NCBI RefSeq assembly: GCF_000143415.4
Contig: NW_003314288.1
Span: 1,302,056 to 1,366,055 of the forward strand
Reading direction: 5' to 3'
Length of the DNA: 64,000 nucleotides
Source of the DNA: Selaginella moellendorffii
Lineage: Eukaryota; Plantae; Lycopodiophyta
Below, in pieces: positions 45,440 through 59,710 of the stretch; position 1 is the first letter of the stretch, and each line of letters opens with the position of its first letter. The translations under genes and the position numbers were made by a program. Under the pieces are notes generated by a model that ran no database searches, was not told the origin of the DNA, and saw only the letters and a program-made list of their open reading frames with translations.

Positions 45440-47900
45440 CATTTGGCTCCTAGCTTCGATGTTGAAGTTAGTATTTGCATCTAGCAATCATTAGTGATGA
45501 TTGACTATCATCTGGGATAATTGATTATCCTTGTCAAAGGTTTTGCTTGATTATTGTTGATTTAGATTGATTTGCTATTCTTCAGGATGGTGGATTCCTT
45601 CTTAGACGATGATTTTGCATCTCTTTATTGATGGGATAATTGACGATCTTTCATGATAGTTGGTTGTTCTCTTTGATGGCTTTTGGCTTTTTGCAATACC
45701 ACATGTTCTTTGTGGTTTGTTCTGGATTGGTCTTTTGGGTTTGAGACGTCAGTAGGATGTTGCTGACACTTGCTTAGGCAACTTGAGTTCCTTGGTATTG
45801 TTGGCTGGGATCTATTCAGATTGGCTTTTGTGATAGTTGGCAGGCATGAGTGTTTGTTGGTCTTACCACATTCATTCTCTTCTATTGATTGTTGCTCGAG
45901 TTAGTTTTGATAGATTTGGATGTTATTTCCTTTGGGTGATACATTCGCGAGCATTGTGCTTGTTAGTCAATGATACTTTGTGTTCTTTGAGTTCTCTCTA
46001 GTAAGTTGTTGGGTTACTGTCTACTATCTTCGGTAGTTAAGTTTCATCATTGAGTTTCCTTGATAATATACTAGCTATTGAATTTTGTTGGATGGTCATT
46101 CCTATGTTTGCCAAATTATGATGATCTTGGTGGTTCCTATCTACAATACTACTGGTTTATTGGATGATAACTTGCTTAGAATACTTTTGTATTTATAATC
46201 ACTAGTAATTAAGCTTCTCAGATATTATTGTCTCTGACTTTGATATTGTCCATTTATGAGTTTGGGCCAGTATAGGCAGACTGGCTTCGGCACTTCGTGC
46301 GTATGGTGAAATCTCTAGTCATGGGGTAGCTACTGTCAACTGGTCACATAACCCGCCTCTTTGTTGATGTTCCTTATTCCGTTAAAAAGGTGTGACCGTG
46401 TAAACAACTCTAACTGCCTGTTTACAGTAGTCTATCTAAACCTTACCGACGGGTTTGGTTTTTTTGCTTAGGAGGGTTGGGGCCTCTGGCTTCTTGCTCT
46501 ATGTTCCTGCAGGCAGGGGCATATCACACTTTTGTAAGCTGGGTGATTCCCAGAGTAGCAAGGGTGGCTAACTATGTTGGTCATTTCCTTGTCGGCGACG
46601 GCCGGAAGGTGTCTGAGCTGGTAGCGCATCCGCGTTAGACAAAGAGGTTGCCTCCTAACTCATTTAAGTTGGTGCATTTCTCACATAGTGTGAGTACCGT
46701 GAACTTTTTCTGGAGTTGTTTCCTTGGCGGTATTTTAGACTCGAGTGTGCATCGACGAGGACGTCGATTTTCCCAAGGGGGGGAGAGTGTCGCGAATGTG
46801 ACTTCGGGTATCGAAAGTTACCTATCGGCTAGTCCTTATGGACACTCTTACCTTACTGCCGCGATGGCAGGAGGTCGGTATTGCTGGTTTCCTTTATTAG
46901 CCCCTCTTGTCCAAGTGTTAGCTTACTGGGCTTAGCATCTGTACTTAGCCAGATGAACATAAGGTAGGAACTCCTATGTGTTTCTAGCTGAGCATTCTCG
47001 GCCTGGCTCTTAGTTCTCTTTTGCTCTGTCTTGCACTGGCTTGGCAAGAACTCTCGCGTATTGAGATTAGTCCCTCAATATCGCTGGATGATAGCTTACC
47101 GTGTTTGCCAAACACCCTCGCTATCATGCCCTTTGTGTTAGTCTCATTTCGGTCCCAAATGCTATTTATGGAAAGTGTCCAGATTTGCTCATTTGGCATA
47201 TCTACGGAATGTAGAGATCGACCTGAACACAATGGTGTTCGTCCCGTGTCCAAATTCGCAATCTAAAGACATTCCATATTTAGTAAGTTTCGAGTTTGTC
47301 CCTGAGACTAACTCCTGATACTAAGGGAGGCTTGGGGTGAAAGCCCAAAGCGTGTGTTTCTCAAGGGGGGCGGGGGGGGGGGGGGGGGGGCTATGGGGGG
47401 TTCCAAATGTATAGTAGGGATAGTGGGTAGGTCGGGCATGGCTGACCAACTTGAAGTATAGTCTAGCTCCCGCTTGCGTGCCTGTCCTTGTTCTGCGTCC
47501 AGCTTGGGTCTAAGCCCAAGTTCCATTCCATGCTAGCTGGTGGAGTACCCATGTCCTCGCGTTAGGCCACCGGTATGCCGAAATAGCGTCAGACTCCGTT
47601 TGGCTTTGTTTTGCGTGCTGGTCCTAGCATTGGGATGCTGGTTCCTCTAGGACTGTTCCAAGTCGCTCCGGGCCCCTGTCCCTTCGCTCCTTGGGCTGTA
47701 TGCTCGGGAGTTGCTCCGTGGTTCGGTTCCATCACTCCTTGGCTCCATACTTGGGAGTTTGGCACCGTTGGGATGCTTGGCGTGACTCCCCATGCCGGTG
47801 CACCAACTTATACTTAAAGCGTGCTATAGATCACAGCTTAGGAACCTAGTTCCTCCGAACTGCCAAGTCCTCTCATTTTATAAGTTTGTGATCATGCATG
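45440..47900 (-). mobile_element. Decayed retroelement-like sequence
   Basis: Strong T/G strand bias mirroring the A/C-rich element at 52-57 kb, a Pro-rich/gag-like stretch and a G-run at 47364-47400. No intact domain. Confidence 0.35.
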
Positions 47901-50900
47901 GACTCCTCCATGCTCGGCCCCATGGGCCACCCCTTTTGAAGATAGCACCTTCAATTAGGTGATTTGTTCCCCTGACTTGCCAATCTCACTTAGCAAGTCA
48001 TCTAGCCACTGTAATATGGTTCATGCATAAGCATGAAAGTCTTTAACCATCGACTTTCGTTCAAAGCCCTCTCTTTGAACACTTGGGAAATAATTCCCCA
48101 ACCTTGATAGCCTTGTCTCATAGCCAACTTCAAGACCACGCTTCTACTACACCACTCTGATTTCGCGTGCTCTAGGAACCATTTACACTTAGCTTTCTAG
48201 GTACTTATCTACCTAGAATTGTCTTTGGGAACCTTCAAGGAACTTTGTTCCTTAACTTGCTAAAGCTTCTCCTTTGCAAGCTCCCTACTTACCATATGGT
48301 CTAACATGGATAATTCCACATTTTAGACTTTTCATGGCATCACAATTGCTAGTAACAACATCCTCGAGCGCTCACTTGATTCTCCACTCCCAACTTGTAT
48401 AACCACCATTAGTTATGCCCTTCGATTTCTATGGTTTAGTTCCATCTCAATACTACTTGCATTTTGGCCTCATATGTTTCCTTTGGTTATTCTCCTCCAA
48501 ACCAGGAGGATACCTTTGCATATTCTACCATGCCTTGGCTCACCTTATAATCCCACACACCGGGATTACCGTTGCTACTTATGGGCCTCGATATACCCAT
48601 CACTAGCCTTGCCAAAATCCCATTTTTGGCTTTGTCCAAATTGGGTAGACAAATTTTTCCCATTTCCACAACCTTGGACGTTTGGATGGCATCTCCTATC
48701 CATCATTCGCTAGGGATTTAGTCCCTTGGGCCTTATCTATTGCCCTTACAACACTAAACACCACCTCCTGGTGTTCTAGAGTGTTTAGGTGTCCCAATGA
48801 TGGTCTCCTTGACAATGAGTATTTCCTTTTTCGACATTGACTTCCTATATCACAGCATAAGCAATTTATCCCCCGTAAGGGTATATCTAACTTCCTTATG
48901 CCATTAAGAAGTCTTGGGTAGTTACCTTCTACCCGTTTAACCAATTATCTTGCACCTTTTGCTTAATTGCCCTATAGTTGTCAAGTTCTACAACTCATTG
49001 CTTGGTGCTTCCATACTTCCATCATTATCTGGGTCACTACACTCCAACCACATGCCTTCCAGCTTAGGCTATGCGATTCCCTTGGCAAGGGGTTCCCATA
49101 AACCTATCAACATAACCTCAAGGTATCTCACTTTAGCACATTTGGTGTCTCCCCACCAACGGTTCCACAAGCTTACCTTTATGACACTTCTTATTTGTGT
49201 CTAGGTCTTTGCCAAGACCAAAGTAGTCGTTTTTCATGCTAACTATCAGTTAGCATTACACCATAGTGTTCACACACAACTCTATGCAAAAGTTGCTAAT
49301 TTTTTTTTTTTTTTTTTTGGGAACACCTTTCCCATAACTTTAGCATGGCACATTCTGCTATCAATGAGATACCCACTATTCTCATACTTGGATCTTAAGA
49401 TCCTCCCCATCCTTTGTGGAGTACAACACACTTCAGTCCAAATGCTTCCATCAATCCCTTAGGATTAATCCTTGACTCTACTTGAGTCATCTAGCTTTTT
49501 GGACTTTGCTAATCAAACAACCATGACGTCCTACTTTTGAGGTGCCAGCTAACAAGAATACAAGTTCATGTATTCATGTCTTACTCATAAGGACCATCTT
49601 TGCAAGTGTTACTCTAACACTTGATTTTGTTCTCTAGGACCAACTTTTGCCCCTTATGACTACTTGTCCATGTGATGAGAATACCAACTCCCCATCTAAG
49701 TACACCCCTAACTCCTTGGGTTGTTCTAACATTTATTAGAGGTAGCCCCGGTTACCATTTCAAGGACTTGTGTCCTCTCTTGTATTTGACCTCCCATGGT
49801 CATCAATTCCGGTCTCAAAGTTATAAGCACTAGCTTCAATTATATAAGGGTAATCTTGTGACTCCTTTATTATTTTGGAGTCTGCATCATTCCCGTGATC
49901 CCAACTATAGTTGTTTGCCACAACTACATTAGCCCGTTTGCTGCGTCAAACGTTCATTTGGATCACATCCTTAGCTCTCTGAGGAAACCCTTATACTGTT
50001 CCCAAGATCCCAAAGTCATTCCCTTACTGGCTCTTTTCCATCCACCACATCATACACAAGTTCACACATGAACTTGAGTGGAGAGCCATGTCCTCTCGAC
50101 ATGCTACTCCTTGAGGATAGGTCCATATCTAGGACCTTCCAATTCCAATACAAGTGGTGATATACTTGGCCACCAATAAGAGTCGGACTAAGGAACAGCT
50201 CTGATACCAAGTTGTAAGTGACTAAATTTTTCCATTCTACTTTAGTCACTTAATCACACCTCCAATCACTTGGAGGAGTCTCATTCACAACCTCCATAAG
50301 TCCTATTCCAGACTTGGGCATGCTAGCTCTGAGAATGGCATCCCCGCCACTCAACCTTTGCACTTGGCCCAAGTGCTCCACGTGTCCAATCCCATAACTG
50401 ACACCCAAAGGTACCACTGACATATCAACCTGTTACACTAAGGCCATGCCCATTCACCTTTGCCACACTGGTGGTCCAATACCACTTGCATCACAATCCC
50501 GTCTCTCCAAGACTGGGCCATTCATCCACGAATGGTCATCCCAAATCCACTCTTTAGCATCCTTAAGATGCCCACAGACATGGGGAATAACCTTCCCCAA
50601 TATCCCTTTGTCAGTTCCTATCAAGTCCCTTTTCTGTCTATGGCCATGCTCACCAACACTGCCACTAGATCAAGGCCCATAGGCCCAACCACTAAGTCCC
50701 ATTGTCCTTTGGGACTTCTTCACCATGTGACCGTATCCTTGGTCACTACATTGGAGGACTGCTCCTCCTCCTTTCCCCAATTTGGGACTTCGAGACAACA
50801 TTTCGAAACACCGTGGCCCTACGCGAGCCCCGTGGGTACTCTCCCCACCTTCTGCCTTTAGGTGCTCTAGCCAAGGGCTTAGAGTGAGGTTCCATTGAGC

Positions 50901-52051
50901 TATGCTAGGTATCTAAGTAGGTAATGCCACCCACACTTGGACTTGGAGCATCGGCCATTTGATCTCCCGGGGGAACTAGAGCCGGCTCTTGAATACTTCA
51001 CCAAGCTACCCCACTTGTCGATCCGTATTCACTTTAGCCTTGGACTTCCCAGTGGTTATCCCATCACCCAACATCTGGGTACAGCCTTCCTAGGCCAAAC
51101 TGGCCTTTCCTGGCCAAACTGGCTCTATTGGAGTCCTCCCCTTTACTATACTTTTGGAGCTCACCAAACCCCCCAGGGTCTGGGAGACAAACGCTTTGGG
51201 CTTTCACCCTCTCAGACTCAAACTCGGACTCGGACTCGGACTCGGACTTGGACTCGGACTCGGACTTGGATTCGGACTCGGATTCGGACTCGGACTTGCG
51301 CTTGGGCTCCGCTCGGCCTCGGCCTCGGTCTCGGCCTCGGGCTCGGCCTCCGCCTCGGTCTCGGGCTCGGCCTCGGTCTCGGCCTCGGCCTCAGTCTCGG
51401 CCTCGGTCTCGGGCTCGGCCTCGGTCTCGGGCTCGGCCTCGGTCTCGGGCTCGGCCTCGGTTTCGGTCTCGGCCTCGGTCTCGGTCCCAGTCTTGGTCTT
51501 GACTTTGGACTCCATCTCGGATTCCATCTCAGGTCCATCTCGGACTCCATCTCGGTCCATCTCAGACTCCATCTCGGTCCATCTCGGACTCCATCTTGGA
51601 CTCCATCTCGGACTCCATCTCGGACTCCATCTTGGTCCATCTCGGACTCCATCTTGATCCATCTCGGACTCCATCTCGGACTCCATCTCAGGTCCATCTC
51701 GGACTCCATCTCAGGTCCATCTCGGACTCCATCTCGGGTCCATCTCGGGTCTTTCTCGGACTCCATCTTGGATTCCATCTCGGGTTCATCTCGGACTCCA
51801 TCTCGGGTCCATCTCGGACTCCTCCACGTGTCATGTGTTAGTCCTCTTGTGTCCCTTTTCTAGAGACTCACTTATTGCTCACTTTGTGCTTGTTCCTTGA
51901 ACATTTCATTGGGAGTTCCACTCCCGCTCTTGACCTTTCAAAAGTCAGAGCTTGTAGTCCAAACGTGTTACGCTCATTTGACTTTCACTTCGGCCACTAT
52001 CACGTGGTAGCTTTTCAGCTCCAGTCTGGGGCCTAGGGATTTTGTGTCTCA
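47900..52051 (-). mobile_element. Ty3/gypsy-type LTR retrotransposon 5' half: LTR 52051-50213, tRNA-Met PBS, decayed gag-pol
   Basis: GCTCTGATACCA at 50198-50209 is the reverse complement of PBS TGGTATCAGAGC, 3 nt from the LTR terminus (TG at 50213). The LTR matches the solo LTR at 34800-36560. The internal region is degenerate. Confidence 0.8.
51214..51822. repeat. CG-rich hexamer-based satellite inside the LTR
   Basis: (GACTCG)n, then (GCCTCG/GTCTCG/GGCTCG)n, then (GACTCCATCTCG)n with GTCCATCTC variants. Confidence 0.95.
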
Positions 52052-52550
52052 TAACCCCACCACCCATAGACGAAATTTGATGCTCTCATCGAACGATAAA
52101 CCATTTTATAAAGTAATACTAGCATGTATCACCCTTTCCATCTTTGGTATCTAGCCAATACTCGTCAATGGTTTGACACCGAAGGCTTACCATGCCTTGT
52201 CCACCCTCTAAGGAGCATAGCCTCTCCAATTTAGAGGCTCATTCGACCATTTGTGGTGGTTCTCTCCTTTTATTCGTTTAATTCTCACTAAACCGGTTAG
52301 AGACACCCTCTCTAACTCAATAAAATGAAAATATAAATTTATTAGATGAGCTATTAAGAAGCAACCAAGCAAATAGAAATCGAATACTAAGGATTTAATA
52401 AGTGGAAGTCCCTTGGGGACAATGGGGAATAAAAAAAACAGTTAATCGAAGCATGGATAGTGATCAAAGATAACAAATACAAGAATCAAGAATCTAGAAA
52501 CCTGTATCAACAACAACCTTGAGGACAACAACACTTAGAATACAATTATT

Positions 52551-53776
52551 ACTCAACTCAGACTTTTTGAACATCACCATCGACTGGAGAATGCAAATGC
52601 TGATAGTGAGGATGTGCACGACTTTATACAACACAATTAAAGATAGGCCACAATTACTTTACATTAATTTAACACAACAAAGACTCATAAAAAGAGTAGC
52701 CATAGTATGCACTCCTATTTAATCCTAAAGTTAGCGAGCAACGACCTTGTTGAAGACTAATCAACTTTACCAAGTTGAATATAATGTAACAACATTAATA
52801 CCAATACATAAATTGTGTTAGTTTACACCACATGATTTTACAACTACACAACATTTCTTCGAGAAGAACACAACAAATTAAAGACAACAACAACAAAACC
52901 ATAAAAGCAAATTTAAGAAAATGATAACTCAAGAAAATTCTAGCACAACATCGAATGTACAAACACAACCTTGATCCACTCAAGAAACAAGAGCAAGATC
53001 AGATACAAAAAATACGAGAAGAGAAGAAACAACTCCATAAAAAATTAGAAGTAGACAAGCAATAGAAGACTCAAGCTTAAATCGATCTCCTTAAAACTAT
53101 ATTTAAGACTTTCAACAAAATGACCCAAGCCACACCAGTTGGCAAACCAAACAACATTAACACAACCACTACTCAGCTTAGACTTTTTGAACATCACCAT
53201 CGACTAGAGAATGCAGACGCTCATAGTGAGGATACACACGACTTTATACAACACAATTAAAGGTAGGCCATAATTACTTTACAACAATTTAACACAATAA
53301 GGACTCGTAAAAAGAGTAGCCATAGTATGCACTCCTGTTCGATCCTAAAGTTGGTGAGCAACAACTTTATTAAAGATTGGTCAAATTTACTAAGTTGAGT
53401 ATAACATAGAAACACAAATACCAATATATAAGATCATGTTAGTCTACACCACAAAATTCTACAACTACACAATATTTCCTTGAGAAGAACACAACAAACC
53501 AAAGATAACAACAACAAAATTAGGAAAGCAAATTCAAGAAAATGATAACTCAAGGAAACTTTAGCATAACATCGAATGTACAAACACAACCCTGATCCAC
53601 TCAAGAAACAAGAGCAAGATCAAATGCAACAAATACGAGAATAGAAGAAACAAGTCCAATAAAAATTAGAAGTAGACAAGCAATAAAAGACTCAAGCTTA
53701 AATCAAAATCCTTGAGACTATATTCAAGACTTTTGATAAAACGACCCAAGCCACACAAGTTGGCAAACCAAGCAAC
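52551..53776 (+). repeat. ~620-bp tandem duplication in the retroelement 5' region
   Basis: agactttttgaacatcaccatcgact...gacccaagccacac.agttggcaaacca occurs at 52560 and again at 53180. Confidence 0.9.
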
Positions 53777-54183
53777 TATAGCATATGTGATTATAGGATG
53801 AGATTTAGATATATTGTCACCATGGATCTTTGGAATCTTAGGGGATAAATGGGGATAAAATAGCCACTAAAAACTCTCTCATCAAGCATATATTCATACC
53901 CCTAAATTTGAAATTGTATGTATTGGGCATCCATGCATATGTTCTTCCTTTTGTGTGGAGTATCCATGGATGAAGGTATCCACCGTGAAACTGCAGTACG
54001 GGTGGATGACTACTTGCCTCAGATGAATAGTTGGTCTACACAATGGAAGGATTGATAAATTTAGTGCGGAAATGGAGATACCTTGGGGGATAAATGGGGA
54101 TAAAATAGCTACTAAGGGCTCTCTCATCAAGCAATTGCCCCTTTTTTAGTTATCTTAAGGGGAGAGAGATAGAGTGTGCTACA
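53777..54183. mobile_element. 407-bp solo LTR, longer and inverted relative of the 162-bp element
   Basis: Both ends match the reverse complement of 35949-36110. The TSD is (g/a)CAAC, and the empty site is visible in the tandem copy at ~53150. Confidence 0.8.
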
Positions 54184-55174
54184 ACAACATCAACACAACC
54201 AATGCCGAGGAAGATACAATCAACCAAAATTTAGATTTAAATCAAGATTTACCACCACTCAAAACTCTTGATTATGAAGATTACAACACCAACAACTTTC
54301 AATCTTATCCAACTTTTCTAGAAATTGAACCATCACCAATCGTAGAAAGATGGCACTCATCAACCCAGCAACACCCTATCGCATCATGATTATGTATCCA
54401 ATCTTCACCAATAGCAAAACTGAAGATGCAGAAAGACATCTCTAGCAATTCAACCAAATTATATAAGTCAATCAGCAAGAAGACAACAAAGAACTTCTAT
54501 TCCCTTTCACACTTAAAAGAAAAGAATTAAAATTGTATTATAATCTTGATGAAAACTTAAGTTTTAAGAAAAAGTTAAGCGATTCAAAGAGAAGTACCAA
54601 CCCAGTGGCACAACAACTAAATACCTAGAATATCTCAAAAGCATCAAATAAGGCAGTAAAGAAGATATCGAAGATTATACCTGAAGATTCAAATATCACA
54701 CAAAGTGCTACAAAGATCTACTCATTGAACAAGGTAAGTATATTTGGTATGTACAGGAATTGAAGAAGATATACCAACAAATGGTTGCTCTCACAAGCAC
54801 GGAAGAAGATCTAGATGTCAAGACCTCTATTGACAATATTTTCAAGAAATTCAAGAACCTCGAAAAACAGTTTTAAAAATTTTTAAGAGTAGAAACAACA
54901 AGAACAAATGACTCTTCTGATGATAAGGAAGAATACAAACTTGAAGTCATGAAGAAAGACAAGAATCAAGAACTTACCAAAATACTCAAGAAAGTTACAA
55001 TAAAAAACGAACTTAAAGAAAGAGTATGTTGTACGAAATGTAAAAACAAAGGATACATCCTAACAGAGTGTAATTACTGATTTCTAAGTGTTAGATCTAT
55101 GAAAAAGAAGGATATATAGCAAAGATCTGTCGATACAAAAGAGCAACTAAAATCACACAAGTCGAGAACATACC

Positions 55175-55274
55175 NNNNNNNNNNNNNNNNNNNNNNNNNN
55201 NNNNNNNNNNNNNNNNNNNNNNNNNNNNNNNNNNNNNNNNNNNNNNNNNNNNNNNNNNNNNNNNNNNNNNNNNN
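55175..55274. other. Assembly gap (100 N)
   Basis: Run of 100 N. Confidence 1.
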
Positions 55275-56789
55275 ATGATTTAACTCAACTGACATGAACT
55301 ACACTACAACTGAGAAAGAAGCTTTAGCAATGATCTACGCACTTCAAAAGTTTCAGCACTACCTACTTGGTAACTTCCTCCACCTTCTCAACAAAATGAT
55401 CCTCACTGGCAGAATTGCATAATGGTTCTTACTACTTCAAGAATAAAACTTTGAGATCATCTACAAGCTTGGAAGAGAACATGAACAAGCCGACCACCTA
55501 AGCTGCATTACAACCAATGAATAACCAAAACACAATATGGACAACTTTCCTGACTCCAATATCCTTCAATTCCACACATCACCAACCTAGATGGACAACA
55601 TCTACTACTACCTCACAACAGCAGGGAGTTAGCAAGGAGATGATCAAGAAATTGTGATTAAACTCTATCAAGAAAAGAAGAATAACTAAAGCTCATCACC
55701 AACATTTTCAACAAGGTATCACACTCACCCTTCTAGAACTTTTACAGGTAGCTTCATACTTGAGAAAACAACTTCTCAAGATATTGCAAGCTTCTCCACC
55801 AAAAAACTTCAGCTCAAGTCAAGAAAAAAACCAACAACTCATCCCATAAAGCAAACATCCAACCTAGCGACTATGATGAAGATATACCATACATCCCAAT
55901 CATGATAGGAAAGAACAAAGTTATATAAGTAATCATCAACGGTAAAGCAAATGTCAACATTATCAAGTATTCAATCTACAAAGCAATGGGACTTGGACCA
56001 ATCCACTCTACACCCTTCAACGTCAAGATGGCTAACAATTGGAGTGTACAACAAGCAGGAATCGTGCACAACATTCCTATCAAGATTAAAGATCAAGAAT
56101 TTAAAGTAACTTTCATCGTACTCAAGATGGGAAAAGACAAAAGCTGTTACGAAGTACTTGTCTTGTGTAACAATACCAAATCGATATTCAACCTCTGACA
56201 AGTGCAAGCAATTTGTCTTGAGGACAAGACCATATTTAGTTGTGGGAAGAAAACTGTACAAACAAGAAAGAGACAACATTTTACGATGATGTGCAAACCT
56301 AGAAGAAACACAAGATCTACTTGAAGAAGCCTACTGTGGACAAGTAGGAGGACATTTTGCTAAAGAAATCGCAGCTCAAAAATTTTTACAAGCAAGACTT
56401 TGGTGGCCAACACTTTGGCACAACTAAGCCAAGTTCTGTAAAAAATGCAACATTTATCAATGAACCAAATATGCACCAAAGAAATAAACTCAAGAACTTC
56501 ATCCAAAAATTCCACTCAAACCTTTTCAATAATGAGGACTCGACTTTGTTAGTCCACTTATGACAAGCTCCAAGCAAAACTAGTACATTCTAATTGCAAT
56601 AGACTATATTACAAAATGGGCTGAAGCTCAATTAATAAAGACTGCTACAATAAAGAACACAACAAAGTTCATTTATGAAAACATCATCACAAGATATGGC
56701 TTACCTTGAGAACTCGTCACTAATCAAGGAACACACCTCATCAATTTAACCATCAAGATTTTGACTCAAGAATTCACTATCCAGCACAA

Positions 56790-57475
56790 GGCTTCAACAC
56801 TATACTATCCTCAAGGCAATGGTCAAGCAGAGTCAACAAACAAGACACTCAAAAACATCCTCATGAAAATCGTGAAAATAAATCAGAAAGACTGGGATGA
56901 TCACATCTACAATGCTTTTGTAGGTATATCAAACTGCATATAAGGTTTGAATAAATTCGACACCATTCAAACTCACTTACGGCCTTGAAGCTTTGACACC
57001 ACTTGAGTATATCGTTCTATCACTAAGAATAGCAATATAATACAAAATCAACCAAGAAAAATCGATCAAAAAAATGACTAACCATGCTAGAACAACTTAT
57101 TGCTAGTTGAGATCCTTTGACTATCTTGTTTTGAAGCTTTGGAATGCTCAAGGAGTCTTTTCTAACTTAGCAAAGATGTTGCTTCATATGATGGCCGAGG
57201 CTTTAACACTGTATTACCCTCAAGGCAATGGTCAAGTAGAGTCTACAAATAAGACACTCATAAACATCCTCATGAAAATTGTGAAAAAAAATCAGAAAGA
57301 CTAGGACGATCACATCTACGATGCCCTGTAGCCCTATCAAACTGCATATAAGGTTTTAACAAATTTAACACCATTCAAGCTCACCTATGGCCTTGAAGCT
57401 TTGACACCACTTGAATACATCGTTCCATCACTACGAATGGCAATACAATATGAAATCAACCAAGAAGAATTGATC
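56790..57475 (+). repeat. Duplicated integrase segment (~285 bp, two copies ~410 bp apart)
   Basis: YYPQGNGQ(A/V)ESTNKTL...gaaatcaaccaagaa appears twice. Confidence 0.85.
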
Positions 57476-57499
57476 TTCATATGATGGCCGAGGCTAACT

Positions 57500-59710
57500 A
57501 TTATCAAATAGTTCTTTTGATAGAGTTATGCAATCTCATGTGCAAGGCACTACTTTGATGATGTCCTACAACTAAGGAGGAACATGAGATGCATGTGCCG
57601 CTATTGAGGGAGAACAAGCTGTATTCTAAACTGTCAAAGCGTGAGTTCTTCTTGGAGGAGATCACCTATCTCGGACATGTGGTGCCACGAGATGGTGTGC
57701 GGGAAGATCCTCAAAAGACTCAGATAGTCATTGACTAGCTTGTTCCCCCTACTGTGCATGGGTTTCCTTGGTATGGTGGGAGTCTTTTGCCGGTTTGTGA
57801 AGGACTTCTCCTTGATTGCCACTCCTTTGATGGATATTCTTCGAAACACCACCAAGCATGCTTAGTTGGTGTGGGGTGAAAGCGTCAAGAAGCATTTGAG
57901 CAGTTAAAGTAATCATGTATATTCTAAAGATATTTGCTTGTGATAAGCCACTTATCACAAGCACTTGTGGCTTATCACAAGCAAATATCTGTAGAATATA
58001 CATGATTGCATATATTCCATAGCTCACACTATGGAGTCTATGCATTCAGAGGGTATGGCTCATGAGTCCTTTTCTCTTTCTGATCCTAGTGAGGCCATGG
58101 GTGTCAGTGTGGACCAAGGAGAGAATGTATCTACTCGTGTTCTAGCTGACACTGCTGTCACTAAGCTTTCTGAAGGAGTGAAGAAGAATTGTATCAACTC
58201 ATCTAAGCTGTACAATTGTTTGTGCAATGAGTTGTGCATAGCCAAGTGCTTAGTGTCCTCTTTGACTCTGGTGCTACGCATACTTTCATTAACAAGGCTA
58301 GTGATGAGGGTATAGGAGCTGTCTTGGTGCAAGACTGCTGTCTTATTGCTTACATAAGCCACAAGTTTGACACAACTTAGCTGAACTGCCAATTCGGCAT
58401 AGGAAGTTGTATGTTGTAGTTGTTGCAGTCAAAGAGTGGAGGCATTATCTGTATGGTTTGGATTTTTCATGTGGATAACTTTACCACTTGTCACTCTTTT
58501 TACTCACCAGATGAAGCTTCGAGGCTGGCTAGCTCATTGACTGGAGTTTTTAATGGATGTGCAGATTCCAAACCACCAGAGTTTAGCTATGGGGTTTAAG
58601 GTGACAAAAACCGGGGATTCCCGAGTAAATAATTTTGACTGCAGATTACTCGTGAATTTGGAAGATGATTTTTAAAGCAAACAATTTTCCTGTTTCTAAA
58701 AGGAGTAGACGGTAAAGGTAATTGTTTCTCCATTGTCTAGGATGGTGAACTCTATTTTGTTTGGGAAGCTCTCCAATGGTTTGTTAGATGAAATTAAGGA
58801 GCTTGTTCACTTTGACTCCTTTGTAGTGAAGGCATGTGCAGTTGTTTTGAAGTGGGACACCTCTTCCAATGCAATTGTGCTTCCTTTAATACATGAAATG
58901 GTTTCTGTTATGATCTGTTGCACAAGGATAGAGATCTAGTCACCCTAGACTATGCTACACCACCTCTTGAGGTTCCTCACCACCCAACCACCCCCCAAGC
59001 TACCTCAAAAGCTCCACTGTGCTGCTGCTCTATTGTGAGCTCTAGGGTAAGTTAAGTCCTTTACCCTAACATGCCTTCAGTCTCCCTTTGACTAATGTTG
59101 ACCATGTGGCTTCTCCCCCCCCAACAAAGTCCTTGTCCCAGGGATAAGTTGTACTGGTGATCACCCTTTCTGGGGAACCCCACTCAAGCTCCTGGTCCAT
59201 CTTCCATAATAGTATATATCAAGGAGGCATTGGGCCTGTCACTTTGAGATAGTACACTTTTTAACTGGCTGACATAAAATACTAGATGCATTTTCACTCT
59301 AACTGGCAGCCATTTATTGGCACCCCAATAAGCCACTTTACCAATGCGCTCTAGCACTTTATATGGACTAACATATCGATGGAAAAGTTTGTCACTCTTC
59401 CATGTCTTTAAAGGCACCAAAGTGTTCTACTGCTCACTTTGATGAAAAGATCATTCGCACAAAGACGAAATCAACCACCTTATATTCTTGGAGTAAACTT
59501 CTCTACTCTATCCTGAGTTGCTTGCAAATTCCGTTTGCACACCACCAGAATCTCATCAAGTTCCGTAGCTAAATCAGTTGCCTCTGAATGAAGCTTTTCT
59601 TGAACATCCTTACTCAACTCCACTGCTATTTCAGGATGCCTTCCAAACATGGCAAAGTAAGGATTTAGTTTGGTTCCACTATTGTTGTAAGCAAATTGCA
59701 CCAATTAGTT
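57500..59710. mobile_element. Fragments of chromovirus-like gypsy pol (RT/RNase H on +, integrase C-terminus on -)
   Basis: On +: LRENKLYSKLSK.EFFLEEITYLGHVV, GFLG, FVKDFSLIATPL, GIGAVLVQ, KEWRHYLYG. On -: VQFAYNNS and YVSPYKVLERIGKVAY...HLVFYVSQLK. Confidence 0.75.

Larger units (their letters stand above)
52140..57480 (+). mobile_element. Decayed non-chromoviral Ty3/gypsy retrotransposon (gag, RNase H, protease, integrase remnants)
   Basis: Degenerate PBS tggtatctagcc at ~52145; zinc knuckle CTKCKNKGY...EC; RNase H NYTTTEKEALAMIYALQKFQHYLLG; protease VII(N)GKANVNII; integrase GGHF, LWWP, DYITKWAEA and YYPQGNGQAESTNK. Confidence 0.85.

Noticed and set aside
47364-47400. Long G-run as a functional G-quadruplex
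   Set aside because: It lies within decayed retroelement-like DNA, and homopolymer length is unreliable.
51214-51822. CRISPR-like regular repeat
   Set aside because: No unique spacers and no cas genes; eukaryotic context.
50937-51863. Long ORFs with RP/GL/SA dipeptide repeats (also at 35727-36470)
   Set aside because: They arise from a stop-free hexamer satellite inside an LTR; there is no evidence they are genes.
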